Positions 17,631-27,973 are shown, counted from the stretch's first letter. The stretch is 64,000 nucleotides of DNA from Thermoplasmatota archaeon (GCA_038818725.1 JAWAYL010000002.1:1346-65345); one strand, 5' to 3'. Notes: a model not told the origin generated them from the letters alone. Numbers and translations: made by a program.

Positions 17631-19028
17631 GTGGAGAAGTGGAGATCAAGGGCAGCATTTTTGCTTGCGTCAATTGGCTCAGCGGTAGGGCTGGGCAATG
17701 TATGGCGCTTTCCATATGTGTGCTACAAAAGTGGTGGAGGAGCTTTTTTAATTCCTTACATAATTGCCATTTTTGTTGTTGGGATTCCGCTTTTAATTGC
17801 AGAATTTGCGATAGGAAGCATTTATAGAAAATCTTCACCAATGGCATTAAAAAGAATTTCAAAAAAAAGTGAATTTGCTGGATGGTTAAGCGTGATTGTT
17901 GCATTTTTTATCTCAATATATTATTGTGTAATAGTTGGATGGAGTCTCTGCTATATTTTTCATTCAATTTTTATGGCATGGGGGCAAGATGCCTCTTCTT
18001 TCTTTTATTATAAATTTTTAAGCAATGTAGGGCAGATTCTTTTTTCAATTCTTTTTGTCTGGGTTGCAATATATCTTATCCTTTATAAAGGAGTTGAATC
18101 TATTGGTAAATTTTCTTTAATAGCGATTCCTTTTCCAATTATATTATTGCTAATATTAACATTTGTCGGATTTTCTTTGCCAAATTCTATTAAAGGGTTA
18201 GAGTTCTATCTTTCTCCCGACTTCTCAAAACTTTTATTGCCCTCAACCTGGCTATCTGCTTTTGCACAGGTTTTCTTCTCACTTTCTCTTGCTCAAGGAA
18301 TAATGATTGCTTACGGAAGTTATTTAGAAAAAAAATCAGATATATCAAACAATTCATTTATCACCGCATTTGCAGATAGTGGAATCGCATTTCTTGGTGG
18401 ATTTGCTGTTTTTTCAACTCTTGGCTATCTTTCCTTTGCCACTGGAATGCAATTTGAAGAAATTGCAAAGGGTGGATTTGCTCTTGCATTCATTACTTAT
18501 CCAACAGTTATATCAAAAATTCCATTTCTTCAAGCAGTTTTTGGAATAATCTTCTTTTCAATTTTATTCTTATTTGGACTAACTTCCGCATATTCAATGA
18601 TTGAAGCAATTTCTAAAAGTATAAGTGAAAAATTTAAAATATCAAGAGGAAAATCAAATTTTTTAATTTGTTCAATTGGATTTATTTCTGGTTTGATATT
18701 TATAAAAAATATATTTCTAATAGAGACAGCAGATTATTTCATTTCAGATTTTGCACTTGTAGCTTGTGGATTGCTTGAATGTATAATATTTGCTCATCTG
18801 ATGGGTGAGGAAAAATTGAGGAAGTACATAAATAAAGTATCAGAAATAAAAGTTGGCAATTGGTTTGGCATATCATTAAAATTTTTAGCACCAGCAGTGC
18901 TTTTATTGATGCTTCTTGCTTCTTCAACTAATCTTTTTAACTATCCTATAGCTGGCTTTTTCATAATTTCACTGATTTTTTTAATATCCCTGATTTTATG
19001 GAGGATAAAATGTCAGCGGGCGCAATAA
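17631..19028 (+). CDS. Neurotransmitter:sodium symporter (NSS/SNF) family transporter
   Basis: AAFLLASIGSAVGLGNVWRFPYVCYKSGGGAFLIPY signature; 465 aa, about 12 TM helices. Confidence 0.85.
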   Translation: MEKWRSRAAFLLASIGSAVGLGNVWRFPYVCYKSGGGAFLIPYIIAIFVVGIPLLIAEFAIGSIYRKSSPMALKRISKKSEFAGWLSVIVAFFISIYYCVIVGWSLCYIFHSIFMAWGQDASSFFYYKFLSNVGQILFSILFVWVAIYLILYKGVESIGKFSLIAIPFPIILLLILTFVGFSLPNSIKGLEFYLSPDFSKLLLPSTWLSAFAQVFFSLSLAQGIMIAYGSYLEKKSDISNNSFITAFADSGIAFLGGFAVFSTLGYLSFATGMQFEEIAKGGFALAFITYPTVISKIPFLQAVFGIIFFSILFLFGLTSAYSMIEAISKSISEKFKISRGKSNFLICSIGFISGLIFIKNIFLIETADYFISDFALVACGLLECIIFAHLMGEEKLRKYINKVSEIKVGNWFGISLKFLAPAVLLLMLLASSTNLFNYPIAGFFIISLIFLISLILWRIKCQRAQ

Positions 19029-19105
19029 TAATGGCAATAATTGGATGCGCTGTTTTTTATGGTGGCCTATTTTATTGTTTATACAGAGCTTTGAGAAAAA
19101 AATAA

Positions 19106-19840
19106 TCATTCAAGAAAAGTTAGCGCATACATAACAGTTATCCCAGCAATTATAGATAAAAGCTGAAGAAGAGATTTTTTTATGTTTAATTCTTTATGCA
19201 ATTCAGGCACTAAATCGGAGCCAGCAATATATATAAATCCTCCCATTGCAATAGGAATGAGGATATTTGTAAGGATGTCGCTTTTGAATATCAAAACAAT
19301 TAATGCACCAATAATTGCAGTAAGAGCAGAGAGAAAATTGAATAGTAAAGCTTTTGACTTACTAAATCCTCCATATAGAAGAGAACCAAAATCACCTATT
19401 TCCTGAGGTATCTCATGAAATATAACAGCTATAGTTGTTGCAATTCCAAGATTTAAGTTTGCCATATAGCTTGCTCCTATAACAAGTCCATCCATAAGAT
19501 TATGAAGTGTGTCTCCAAAAAGAATCATGAAAGAGAGTGAGTGAGGATGCTTATCAGAAGGAAGCACATGACAATGTCTCCAGCAGATAATTTTTTCAAG
19601 CAAGAAATAAGCAACAATTCCGAGAAGAATATAAAGCCCATAGTAAATCTTAAATTCCCTCTCTATCATCTCTGGCAAAAGATGCAGAAATGCTCCGCCC
19701 AGAAGCCCGCCAGCAGAGAAGGCGACCAGATAAATTAAAAATTTCCTGAGTTTTTCATCATTTATCCATATAACTGTTATGCCTATAAGAGATATTAAAC
19801 TTACGAATATAACACTTAAAATCGTATATAGCCAAATCAT
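19106..19840 (-). CDS. ZIP-family divalent metal transporter (ZupT-like)
   Basis: HEIPQEIGDFGSLLYGG and His-rich loop motifs; 244 aa polytopic. Confidence 0.85.
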   Translation of the reverse strand: MIWLYTILSVIFVSLISLIGITVIWINDEKLRKFLIYLVAFSAGGLLGGAFLHLLPEMIEREFKIYYGLYILLGIVAYFLLEKIICWRHCHVLPSDKHPHSLSFMILFGDTLHNLMDGLVIGASYMANLNLGIATTIAVIFHEIPQEIGDFGSLLYGGFSKSKALLFNFLSALTAIIGALIVLIFKSDILTNILIPIAMGGFIYIAGSDLVPELHKELNIKKSLLQLLSIIAGITVMYALTFLE

Positions 19841-20202
19841 ATTACCTCTAAAGTTATTTCTCTTCCCATATTATCATAAGCTTTCCAGGTTTCTTCATTA
19901 TAAGGATATGCCACAATTATATGAATTCTTCCACTTTTTCCAAAGGTTTGCAAATCTTCAATGGACGGAAGATAGCTACCTGAAGGATGCGAGTGGGCGG
20001 TGCCAACTATTGATTTATCCACAGGAAGCATTGCAAGATTAAATGATGCTGATCTTTTTCCATATATCATTTGTGGCACTATAACAAATTCCTCTATTAT
20101 ATCCTTTTTCTTCCCAACAGAAAGAAATGCTAAAAATTCCTTTGGATGCATTTCCTTTGCTGATTCAATTATTGTGTTCAAACATTCTTTTTTTATTTTC
20201 AT
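19837..20202 (-). CDS. JAMM/MPN+ metalloprotease-domain protein
   Basis: E...HSHPSGSYLPSIEDL is the JAMM motif (ExnHxHx7Sx2D). 121 aa. Confidence 0.75.
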   Translation of the reverse strand: MKIKKECLNTIIESAKEMHPKEFLAFLSVGKKKDIIEEFVIVPQMIYGKRSASFNLAMLPVDKSIVGTAHSHPSGSYLPSIEDLQTFGKSGRIHIIVAYPYNEETWKAYDNMGREITLEVI

Positions 20203-20990
20203 CTTTCCAATTTTTTATAAATTTTCTCAAAAAATTTATTGTTTATTTTTATAAATTTTGCTCTCTCCTCTGATATCATTGCCTCAATAAAATCATCTTT
20301 TGCTATTTTTTCATTATAAAGACCATCTATTGCAATTTCTGCGTCCTTTTCAACTTCTATTTTTATTTTTCTTTCAGAAGATAAAACAAAGGGATAAAAA
20401 GCTTTTCTGAAAGGAGCAATAGCAACAATTAAAAATGCGTTCATTTTTGGCTCAATAATTGGTCCCCCTAAAGAAAGAGCGTAGCTTGTTGAGCCGACTG
20501 GCGTTGATATAATTAAGCCGTCTCCACTCCATTCCTTTATTAATTGATTATCTGCATAAACCCTAAACGGCAATATTTTTCCGAGATTTGCAGTATGAAT
20601 CACTATCTCATTTACGGCGTCAGGCAATCTTTTCTTATTCAAAAAAATTTTTATTTTCATATATTCTTCAATAAAATAATTTCCTTTCAAAACTTCATCA
20701 ATTGCTTTTTCTGCATCCTCCGCATCTACTTCTGTAAGAAATCCGATTCTTCCCGCATTTATTGAAAAAATTGGTTTTTTTGTATGCCTTAAAGTCAATA
20801 AAATTGTTCCATCTCCTCCAATAACAATTATTGCATCACATCTTTTATCAATTTCCTCAATTTTATAGCCCTTTTTCCCTATGTAATTTGCAATCTTATT
20901 TTCAAGAATTGCGTCTCCAACAATTCTATATATCTTTTCTCCTATTTCATATGCCTCTTTTGATGGCTTACAAATAATACCCCATTTCAT
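20199..20990 (-). CDS. nadK: NAD kinase
   Basis: GGDGTIL motif and NE/DxxxH region; 263 aa. Adjacent to an IMPase, as is typical in archaea. Confidence 0.85.
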   Translation of the reverse strand: MKWGIICKPSKEAYEIGEKIYRIVGDAILENKIANYIGKKGYKIEEIDKRCDAIIVIGGDGTILLTLRHTKKPIFSINAGRIGFLTEVDAEDAEKAIDEVLKGNYFIEEYMKIKIFLNKKRLPDAVNEIVIHTANLGKILPFRVYADNQLIKEWSGDGLIISTPVGSTSYALSLGGPIIEPKMNAFLIVAIAPFRKAFYPFVLSSERKIKIEVEKDAEIAIDGLYNEKIAKDDFIEAMISEERAKFIKINNKFFEKIYKKLER

Positions 20991-21736
20991 ATTAATTCCT
21001 CCAAAATTTCTTCATCACAAACAGCAATAATTCCACTCCTAACATTTAAATCAAGTGGCAAATCTAAATCATCACCATTTTCATCTCTTATAATTCCACC
21101 AGCTTCTTCTACAATCAAGCCTGCAGCCGCAAAATCTGTAACACGCAAACTCCTTTTCCCCATAAAATATGCCTGCGCCGCCCCGCAGGCAACAAGGCAA
21201 ATCTCAAGAGCTGCCGCCCCCATTGCCCTTACATGATGCCTGTTTGCTATTCTCCATGTTTTTTCATTTCCAGATTCGCCAAGCACTAAGCAAATAAATG
21301 GTTTATTCCTTTTCTTCACCCTTATCTTTTTTTTATTCATAAAAGCTCCTTTTCCAGAAAATGCTTCAAAAATGTCACCTGTTGGAATATTTTTTACTAT
21401 TCCATATGAAACATCTTTTAAATTTTCTTTTCCTATTGCTATAGAAATTCCATAAAAAGGAATTCCTGCAATTGCATTTCTTGTTCCATCAATTGGGTCA
21501 ATAACAAAAGTATATTCACAACCATTATCTATAAAACCGCATTCTTCAGATAAAATATTTGCTTCTTTTCCTATTATTTTTATTGCAACTTCTTCAGCAA
21601 TCTTATCAATATAATTTGTTGGCGTGCCATCCGCTCCTATGCATATAAATTCACCAAATTTATTTCTATCTTCATTCTTTATTTTTTTATCAATTTCATC
21701 AACTGCTTTTCTCGCAAGTTGAATAAGTTTTTCCAT
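20987..21736 (-). CDS. suhB: Inositol monophosphatase / fructose-1,6-bisphosphatase family (SuhB-like)
   Basis: DPIDGT and WIxDPIDG-like metal-binding motifs; 249 aa. Confidence 0.8.
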   Translation of the reverse strand: MEKLIQLARKAVDEIDKKIKNEDRNKFGEFICIGADGTPTNYIDKIAEEVAIKIIGKEANILSEECGFIDNGCEYTFVIDPIDGTRNAIAGIPFYGISIAIGKENLKDVSYGIVKNIPTGDIFEAFSGKGAFMNKKKIRVKKRNKPFICLVLGESGNEKTWRIANRHHVRAMGAAALEICLVACGAAQAYFMGKRSLRVTDFAAAGLIVEEAGGIIRDENGDDLDLPLDLNVRSGIIAVCDEEILEELI

Positions 21737-22043
21737 TGATTTTTAAATATTTATTGATATTAAAATAATTCGAAAAATTCATTTTTTATTTGAAATAAGA
21801 AAATGAAGGAAACGGTGGCTCTTTACTATTTCTTTTCTCGCCTCTAACTCTTCCTTCTTGGAATTATTGGGTATCAGCTATTCTTTTCATCATTTTTATT
21901 ATTTTATCTCCATCACTCATCAAACTTAAAATCGGGGGAGAAGTTGAGATAGAATTTTTTCCTTCCAAGTGAGATGCCATTTGCTCCAGTTTCCCTTATG
22001 CTAGAGATGGAAAAAATCTATAAATAATTTTTTTATTTCCCTC

Positions 22044-23573
22044 ATGAAAAATGCTATTGGAAGAGAATTGCCAGAAGAAATAAATGGAAGAAAATTAATT
22101 CCATATAATGGGGCTTTTTCATTTAAGCCAGATAAAAGGCAATATGCAAAGCCATTAAAATGTGTTTTTCCTGATGAAAAAAAATTGTTGCCTTCAATAA
22201 AAGAAGCAATAAAAAAAGTAGGGTTGGAAGATGGAATGACAATTTCTTTTCATCATCATTTAAGGAATGGTGATGCTATTGTAAATTTAGTTGTTGATGA
22301 AATTGCAAAAATGGGTATAAAAGATATAAAGCTTGCTCCAACTGCTCTTTTTCCAGTTCATGAGAAATTAATTGAGCATATAAAAAATGGAGTTATTACT
22401 TCGATAGAAGGGAGCTTAAATGGTCCTCTTGGAGAATATGTTTCAAGAAATGGCTTGGATGAGCCAGTTATTTTGCGTAGCCATGGAGGAAGAGCAAGAG
22501 CAATAAAAAGTGGTGAGCTGCATATAGATGTAGCTTTTCTCGCAGCTTCAACTGCTGATGAATATGGAAACTGCAATGGAATGCTTGGCAAATCTGCATT
22601 TGGAGCAATGGGCTTTGCATATGCGGATGCAATGTTTGCAGACAATGTTGTTGTAATTACAGATAATTTACAGCCATATCCTGTCACACCAATTTCAATA
22701 CCTCAGATATATGTTGATTATGTTGTTCAAATCGATAGTATCGGCGACCCTTCTGGCATACAAACAGGAACAATGCAAATAACAAGAAGCCCAGCCCGTC
22801 TCACCATCGCAAAAAATGTAGTAAAATTTCTGGCAAAGGCTGGCATATTAAAAAATGGCTTCTCATTTCAGGCTGGAGCGGGCGGCATAAGCTTGGCTGT
22901 CACAAAATTTTTACATGAATATATGAAGGAGAAGGGAATAGTTGGAGACTTTGTTATGGGAGGAATAACTGGGTTTGTTGTTGATATGCTCATGGATGGA
23001 ACAATAAGAAAAATTCTTGATGCTCAGAGTTTTGATTTAAAAGCAGTTGAGTCAATATCTAAAAATCCTGCTCATGTTGAAGTTAGCCATATAATGTTTG
23101 GCGACCCACATACATGCGGATGTGTTGTTAATAGGCAAAATGCTTGCTTTTTAGGTGCAACTGAGATTGATTTAAATTTTAATGTAAATGTAAATACTCA
23201 TTCAGATGGATTGCTTTTGCATGGAATAGGAGGACATCAAGATGCTGCTGCTGGAAGTGATGTTACTATAATAACAGTTCCTTTACTCAGAGGAAGATTG
23301 CCAGTAATAAGGAAGGAAGTTACAACTGTTTCTACTCCTTGCCATACAGTTGATGTTGTTGTTACAGATCGAGGAATAGCAATAAATCCTGAAAGAGAAG
23401 ATTTAATTGAAGCAATTAAAGGAAAAGTTGAAATTGTTGATATAGAAGAGCTTTATAAAAAGGCAAAAAGTTTGGTTGGTGAGCCAAAGGAGCCAAAATT
23501 TAGTGATGAGATTGTAGCAATAGTTGAGTATAGAGATGGAACAACACTTGATGTTATAAGGAAGGTGAAATAA
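22044..23573 (+). CDS. citF: Citrate lyase alpha subunit (citrate CoA-transferase, CitF)
   Basis: Collinear with bacterial CitF by memory: DGMTISFHHHLRNGD, HGGRARAIKSGELHIDVAFLAASTADEYGNCNG, and C-terminal IVAIVEYRDGTTLDVIRKV. 509 aa. No citD or citE is adjacent. Confidence 0.8.
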   Translation: MKNAIGRELPEEINGRKLIPYNGAFSFKPDKRQYAKPLKCVFPDEKKLLPSIKEAIKKVGLEDGMTISFHHHLRNGDAIVNLVVDEIAKMGIKDIKLAPTALFPVHEKLIEHIKNGVITSIEGSLNGPLGEYVSRNGLDEPVILRSHGGRARAIKSGELHIDVAFLAASTADEYGNCNGMLGKSAFGAMGFAYADAMFADNVVVITDNLQPYPVTPISIPQIYVDYVVQIDSIGDPSGIQTGTMQITRSPARLTIAKNVVKFLAKAGILKNGFSFQAGAGGISLAVTKFLHEYMKEKGIVGDFVMGGITGFVVDMLMDGTIRKILDAQSFDLKAVESISKNPAHVEVSHIMFGDPHTCGCVVNRQNACFLGATEIDLNFNVNVNTHSDGLLLHGIGGHQDAAAGSDVTIITVPLLRGRLPVIRKEVTTVSTPCHTVDVVVTDRGIAINPEREDLIEAIKGKVEIVDIEELYKKAKSLVGEPKEPKFSDEIVAIVEYRDGTTLDVIRKVK

Positions 23574-24751
23574 TGACACTATCTGAAAGAATATTATCTG
23601 AAAAATGCGGAGAAAAAGTTGAGGCTGGAGAAATAATTGAGGCAAGAGTTGATAAGGCAATGAGTCATGATAATGCAGCACTTGTAATAAAAAGTTTTAA
23701 AGAAATTGCAACGCAACTATGGGATGTAGATAAAATAGTGATTATACTTGATCATCGTGTGCCAGCAAATACAATAAAAACTGCTGAGAATCACAAGCAA
23801 ATAAGAGAATTCGTTAAAAAGCATGGAATAAAAAATTTCTATGATATAAATTATGGAATATGCCATCAGGTAATGATTGAAGAAGGACATGTAAAGAAAG
23901 GAATGCTTATAGTCGGGACAGATAGTCATACAACAAGTTATGGGGCTTTGGGAGCTTTTTCAACTGGAATAGGAGCAACAGAGATGGCTGCGGTATGGGC
24001 AACAGGAAAAATATGGCTTAAAGTTCCTCAGACAATAAAATTTGATATAGTTGGAAAGCTACAAAAAGGAGTTTATTCAAAAGATATAATTTTGTATATA
24101 ATAGGTAAAGTTGGTTGCGAGGGAGCAAATTATAAGGCATGCGAATTTTATGGAATAGTTGAAGATATGCCTCTTGCAGATAAAATAACAATTGCTAACA
24201 TGGCGATGGAAATGGGAGCAAAAGCCGCTCTTTTTGGAGGAGATAAAAACGATGTATTTGAAAAAGAAATAGAGATAGATGTTAGCAATTTAACTCCACA
24301 GGTTGCATGTCCTCATAGTGTTGATAATGTAAAAAGTGTTGAAGAATTGGAAGGAAAAGAAATAAATCAAGCATTGCTGGGCTCATGCACAAATGGAAGA
24401 ATAGAGGATTTAAGAATAGCTGCAAAAATATTAAAAGGGAGGAAAATAGCAAAAAATGTGAGATTGCTTGTTTTTCCGGCATCGATGAAAATATATAATC
24501 AAGCAATAAAAGAGGGAATAATATCCTTGCTTGTAGAAGCAGGAGCGGTGATCATGAATCCTGGATGCGGCCCATGCCTGGGGGCGCATGAAGGGGTGCT
24601 CGCAAGCGGAGAAGTTGCAATAACAACAACAAATAGAAATTTTCAAGGAAGAATGGGAGCAAAGGATTCAGAAATATATCTTGCATCTCCAGCAACAGTT
24701 GCTGCGAGCTCAATTGAAGGAAAAATAGCGGATCCAAGAAAATTTATTTGA
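23573..24751 (+). CDS. Aconitase-family large subunit (3-isopropylmalate/homoaconitate dehydratase LeuC/HacA-like)
   Basis: GICHQV, VGTDSHTTSYGALGAFSTGIG, NPGCGPCLGAH. 392 aa. No small subunit is adjacent. Confidence 0.8.
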   Translation: MTLSERILSEKCGEKVEAGEIIEARVDKAMSHDNAALVIKSFKEIATQLWDVDKIVIILDHRVPANTIKTAENHKQIREFVKKHGIKNFYDINYGICHQVMIEEGHVKKGMLIVGTDSHTTSYGALGAFSTGIGATEMAAVWATGKIWLKVPQTIKFDIVGKLQKGVYSKDIILYIIGKVGCEGANYKACEFYGIVEDMPLADKITIANMAMEMGAKAALFGGDKNDVFEKEIEIDVSNLTPQVACPHSVDNVKSVEELEGKEINQALLGSCTNGRIEDLRIAAKILKGRKIAKNVRLLVFPASMKIYNQAIKEGIISLLVEAGAVIMNPGCGPCLGAHEGVLASGEVAITTTNRNFQGRMGAKDSEIYLASPATVAASSIEGKIADPRKFI

Positions 24752-26471
24752 TTTTTCTATAAATGAAGGCCAGAAGAATTATTAGAAAAAGAAGGGGTAA
24801 AATGATTGCAAAAATTTCAAATCCTTTTAATTTTTTATATTCCACTCCATATATTTTCTTATCAACTTTTTCAAATATATTTTTTACAATTTCAATTCCT
24901 TTCTTATAATTTCCTTCTTTAATATAGCTTTCTGCCTTTTTATAATCGTCATAAAATTTGCTACCATTTACAATTCTTTCAATCTCTATTCTTGTTCTGC
25001 ACATACTTAAAATAATTTCTCCAATATCTGAGTAATTTTTTAGGAACTCTAAATCTTTCTCAATTTCACATATTGTTGTATAATAATCTTTTTTCCATAA
25101 ATCTTTTAAAATTTTTATTTCATCATAGGTTGCATTTAAAAATATTTTTTGGATTAAAATCGCCTGTTTCTGCATTTCAACATCTACTGTTGTTAAAATT
25201 TTGCTTGCTTTTTCAATATTCTTTATTGCTATCTCTTCTGCTCTTTCATTTTCATAAAAAAGCATTTCTTCAAAATTTCCAAAACTAATATTTCCGTGTC
25301 CATACTTTCTTAATAAAGAAAGAGAAATTTCAGCCGCCTTCCCGTTTTCATAATCATCATATATTTCATAATCACATATATGCACTGGTATAAAAATTGA
25401 GGAACATTGATCTGGGGCAAACCATCCAGATGCAAGCAAGTTAGAATTGCTTAGAGGAATTTTAAAAATCATGCAAGCTTTCATTTCATTTTCACATAGC
25501 CCTCTCAGTCCATCTACTTCCCATGAATGAATGCGAGATATATTCATTAAATCGAGTATGCTTATATTCCCATATTTCTCATTTAAAATTCTGCAGATCT
25601 TATTTTCCCATTCATAATATTCATAGCAAATCCTTAAATTTGCTTTTTTTCCATTTGCTTCTTTGAATTCAACATAAAAATTTCCCACCTTATTTCCTTT
25701 TCCTTTTTCAATTTTTACATCGCTCCCAAAAGGAAATTGCTTTACAACAACATAATCATCTTTAACTTCCACCAATCTTACTCCATAAAATCCTCCTATT
25801 CTCAAAACTTCTTTTTCAAAAGCATATCCATCAAAAACTTTATCAAAAGAAGAAGCAATTCCAATTCTCCTAAGCAATCTGCTTTTCCATAAATATTCAG
25901 GATAATTTGACATTACATCTATACTATTTGCCTTTCTTGAATAAAAATGAAATGCATCTGCCTCAATAACATATGCTTCTTTTCCAACAACAAATAAATT
26001 TTCTCCTACACCAGGAGCATGCATATCAACAACTTCTTCAAGCAAAGAAACCGCTTCTTTTTCGCTGCTTGCTTGTTGTGCCGCATAGCGGAGCCAGTCA
26101 AAATCATCCCATGCTCTTTTTGTCGGATTTATATAATATGTGGGCACATCCGCATCGCCATATGCAATTCCCGCATTTGTCATCATCATTCCTGCCTTTA
26201 TTATGTTTGGAGGGGTATCGCCATAAGTTGCTACTCCTATAATCTTATATTTTGTTTTAAATGCCATATTATAATTTCTCCAAGGGTGATGGTATGCATA
26301 TTCATATCCTTCATTTGCAATAAATAAGACTTGCAAACCAGGGCGAGAAGGGTCACGAACTTTCATAAAAAGGTTATAATTTCCAGAAGTTGCATCATCC
26401 ATTACAATTATATCCTTACAGGCTGATGAAACAGGAAGGAAGAATATTACAAGCAAAGCAATTTTCTTCAC
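24744..26471 (-). CDS. Secreted Ntn-hydrolase-like (peptidase C69 / choloylglycine-hydrolase-like) protein with helical stalk and C-terminal TM anchor
   Basis: A signal peptide (MKKIALLVIFFLPVSSA) is followed immediately by Cys (CKDIIVMDD), the layout of a Cys-nucleophile Ntn hydrolase. The last ~25 aa are hydrophobic then RKIK. Confidence 0.35.
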   Translation of the reverse strand: MKKIALLVIFFLPVSSACKDIIVMDDATSGNYNLFMKVRDPSRPGLQVLFIANEGYEYAYHHPWRNYNMAFKTKYKIIGVATYGDTPPNIIKAGMMMTNAGIAYGDADVPTYYINPTKRAWDDFDWLRYAAQQASSEKEAVSLLEEVVDMHAPGVGENLFVVGKEAYVIEADAFHFYSRKANSIDVMSNYPEYLWKSRLLRRIGIASSFDKVFDGYAFEKEVLRIGGFYGVRLVEVKDDYVVVKQFPFGSDVKIEKGKGNKVGNFYVEFKEANGKKANLRICYEYYEWENKICRILNEKYGNISILDLMNISRIHSWEVDGLRGLCENEMKACMIFKIPLSNSNLLASGWFAPDQCSSIFIPVHICDYEIYDDYENGKAAEISLSLLRKYGHGNISFGNFEEMLFYENERAEEIAIKNIEKASKILTTVDVEMQKQAILIQKIFLNATYDEIKILKDLWKKDYYTTICEIEKDLEFLKNYSDIGEIILSMCRTRIEIERIVNGSKFYDDYKKAESYIKEGNYKKGIEIVKNIFEKVDKKIYGVEYKKLKGFEIFAIILPLLFLIILLAFIYRKIK

Positions 26472-26607
26472 AAAAATAATAAATAAGCAATAAATTTATT
26501 TTTCTATATAACCTTCTCTCATTGCAATAAGATTTGCAATAAAAGGAAAAAGATTCTTCCTCATGTATCTAATTGCAAAATATTTTTATTATTAAGAAAT
26601 ATTAATC

Positions 26608-26940
26608 ATGGGAAAATTTAGAGAAATGATTGAAAGCTATAAAGAAGCAAAAAAAGAATTAATAAAAAATGAGTCAGAAACAATGAAAAACTATCAGAAA
26701 TTCGTTGAATCAGTTCTTAAAGATAATCATTTAGATAAAAAAACAAAAGAGTTAATTGCTCTTGGGATAGCAATTGTAAAGAGGTGTGACTACTGCATTG
26801 GCATACATGTTGAAAAAGCATTGCAAGCTGGAGCGACAAAAGAAGAAATAATTGATGCAGCCCTTGTCGCAGTGCTTATGGAGGGAGGACCAGCAATGAC
26901 ATATTTTACTGAAGTAAAAAAAGCATTAGATGAGTTTTAA
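26608..26940 (+). CDS. Carboxymuconolactone decarboxylase (AhpD-like) family protein
   Basis: CDYCIGIH motif in a 110-aa helical protein. Confidence 0.75.
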   Translation: MGKFREMIESYKEAKKELIKNESETMKNYQKFVESVLKDNHLDKKTKELIALGIAIVKRCDYCIGIHVEKALQAGATKEEIIDAALVAVLMEGGPAMTYFTEVKKALDEF

Positions 26941-27854
26941 TGCAGCTCTACATATATTTTCTCGGAACAGGAGGAAGCTGGCCAACAATTCAGAGAAATG
27001 TATCTTCAATAGCAATAAAAAGAGGAGGAGAAATAATTCTTTTTGACTGCGGAGAGGGAACACAAAGACAGCTTCAAAAATCAGAAATAAGTTATATGCA
27101 GATAAAGAGGATTTTTATAACACATTTCCATGGAGACCATATTCTTGGTTTGCCTGGCTTAATACAAACATTTCAGCTGAATGACAGAAAAGATGATTTA
27201 TATATTTATGGACCAAAAGGAATAAATGAGCTTGTTGATGAAATTGTTCATCTTGGCTATTTTAAACCTTCGTATAATATATACTCAAAAGAATTGAGGG
27301 AAAATGATTGTATTGAATTGGAGGGATATAAAATAAAATGTATTTTTGTTGAGCATAATGTTCCAACTCTTGCATATTGTATTGAAGAAGATAAAAGACC
27401 AGGAAAATTCAATAAAGAAAAGGCTCTGTTGCTAGGTGTGCCAGAAGGACCTCTCTTCAGAAAGCTTCAGGAGGGTAAAAATGTAGAAATAAATGGAAGA
27501 ATAGTAACTCCTGATATGGTGCTTGGCGCCCCTCGCCCTGGAAGAAAAATAGTTATATCTGGAGATACAATGCCATGCATCAAACTTATAGATTTTGCAA
27601 AAAAAAGCGATGTACTGATTCATGATGCCACATTTTCATCAGATATGGAGGAAAAAGCAAAGGAATATTTCCATTCCACCGCATCCCAGGCGGCGCAAAT
27701 AGCAAAAGAGGCGGAAGTTGAGAAATTAGTTTTAACTCATATAAGTCCGAGATATAAAAATGCAAAAATTCTTGAGGAGGAGGCGAGGAAAATATTTCCC
27801 AATTCATATCTGGCAAATGATTTCATGAAGATAGAAGTTAAATTAAAGAAGTGA
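26940..27854 (+). CDS. rnz: Ribonuclease Z (tRNA 3' endonuclease)
   Basis: LGTGGSWPT, ILFDCGEGTQRQL, HFHGDH metallo-beta-lactamase motifs. 304 aa. Confidence 0.9.
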   Translation: MQLYIYFLGTGGSWPTIQRNVSSIAIKRGGEIILFDCGEGTQRQLQKSEISYMQIKRIFITHFHGDHILGLPGLIQTFQLNDRKDDLYIYGPKGINELVDEIVHLGYFKPSYNIYSKELRENDCIELEGYKIKCIFVEHNVPTLAYCIEEDKRPGKFNKEKALLLGVPEGPLFRKLQEGKNVEINGRIVTPDMVLGAPRPGRKIVISGDTMPCIKLIDFAKKSDVLIHDATFSSDMEEKAKEYFHSTASQAAQIAKEAEVEKLVLTHISPRYKNAKILEEEARKIFPNSYLANDFMKIEVKLKK

Positions 27855-27904
27855 GGAGTGAGGTAGAGGAGGTGAAAAGAAAATAAAAGAAGACCTCACT
27901 CCTC
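27853..27904 (+). terminator. 12-bp-stem hairpin immediately after the rnz stop, followed by a T-rich tract
   Basis: GAGGAGTGAGGT...(28 nt loop)...ACCTCACTCCTC, then TTTATAAATTTTTGG. Confidence 0.35.
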
Positions 27905-27973
27905 GTATGTATAGCTTCCAAATTTATAAATTTTTGGTAAAAATTTTAAAGAATGATTTTTTTACATTGTTCA

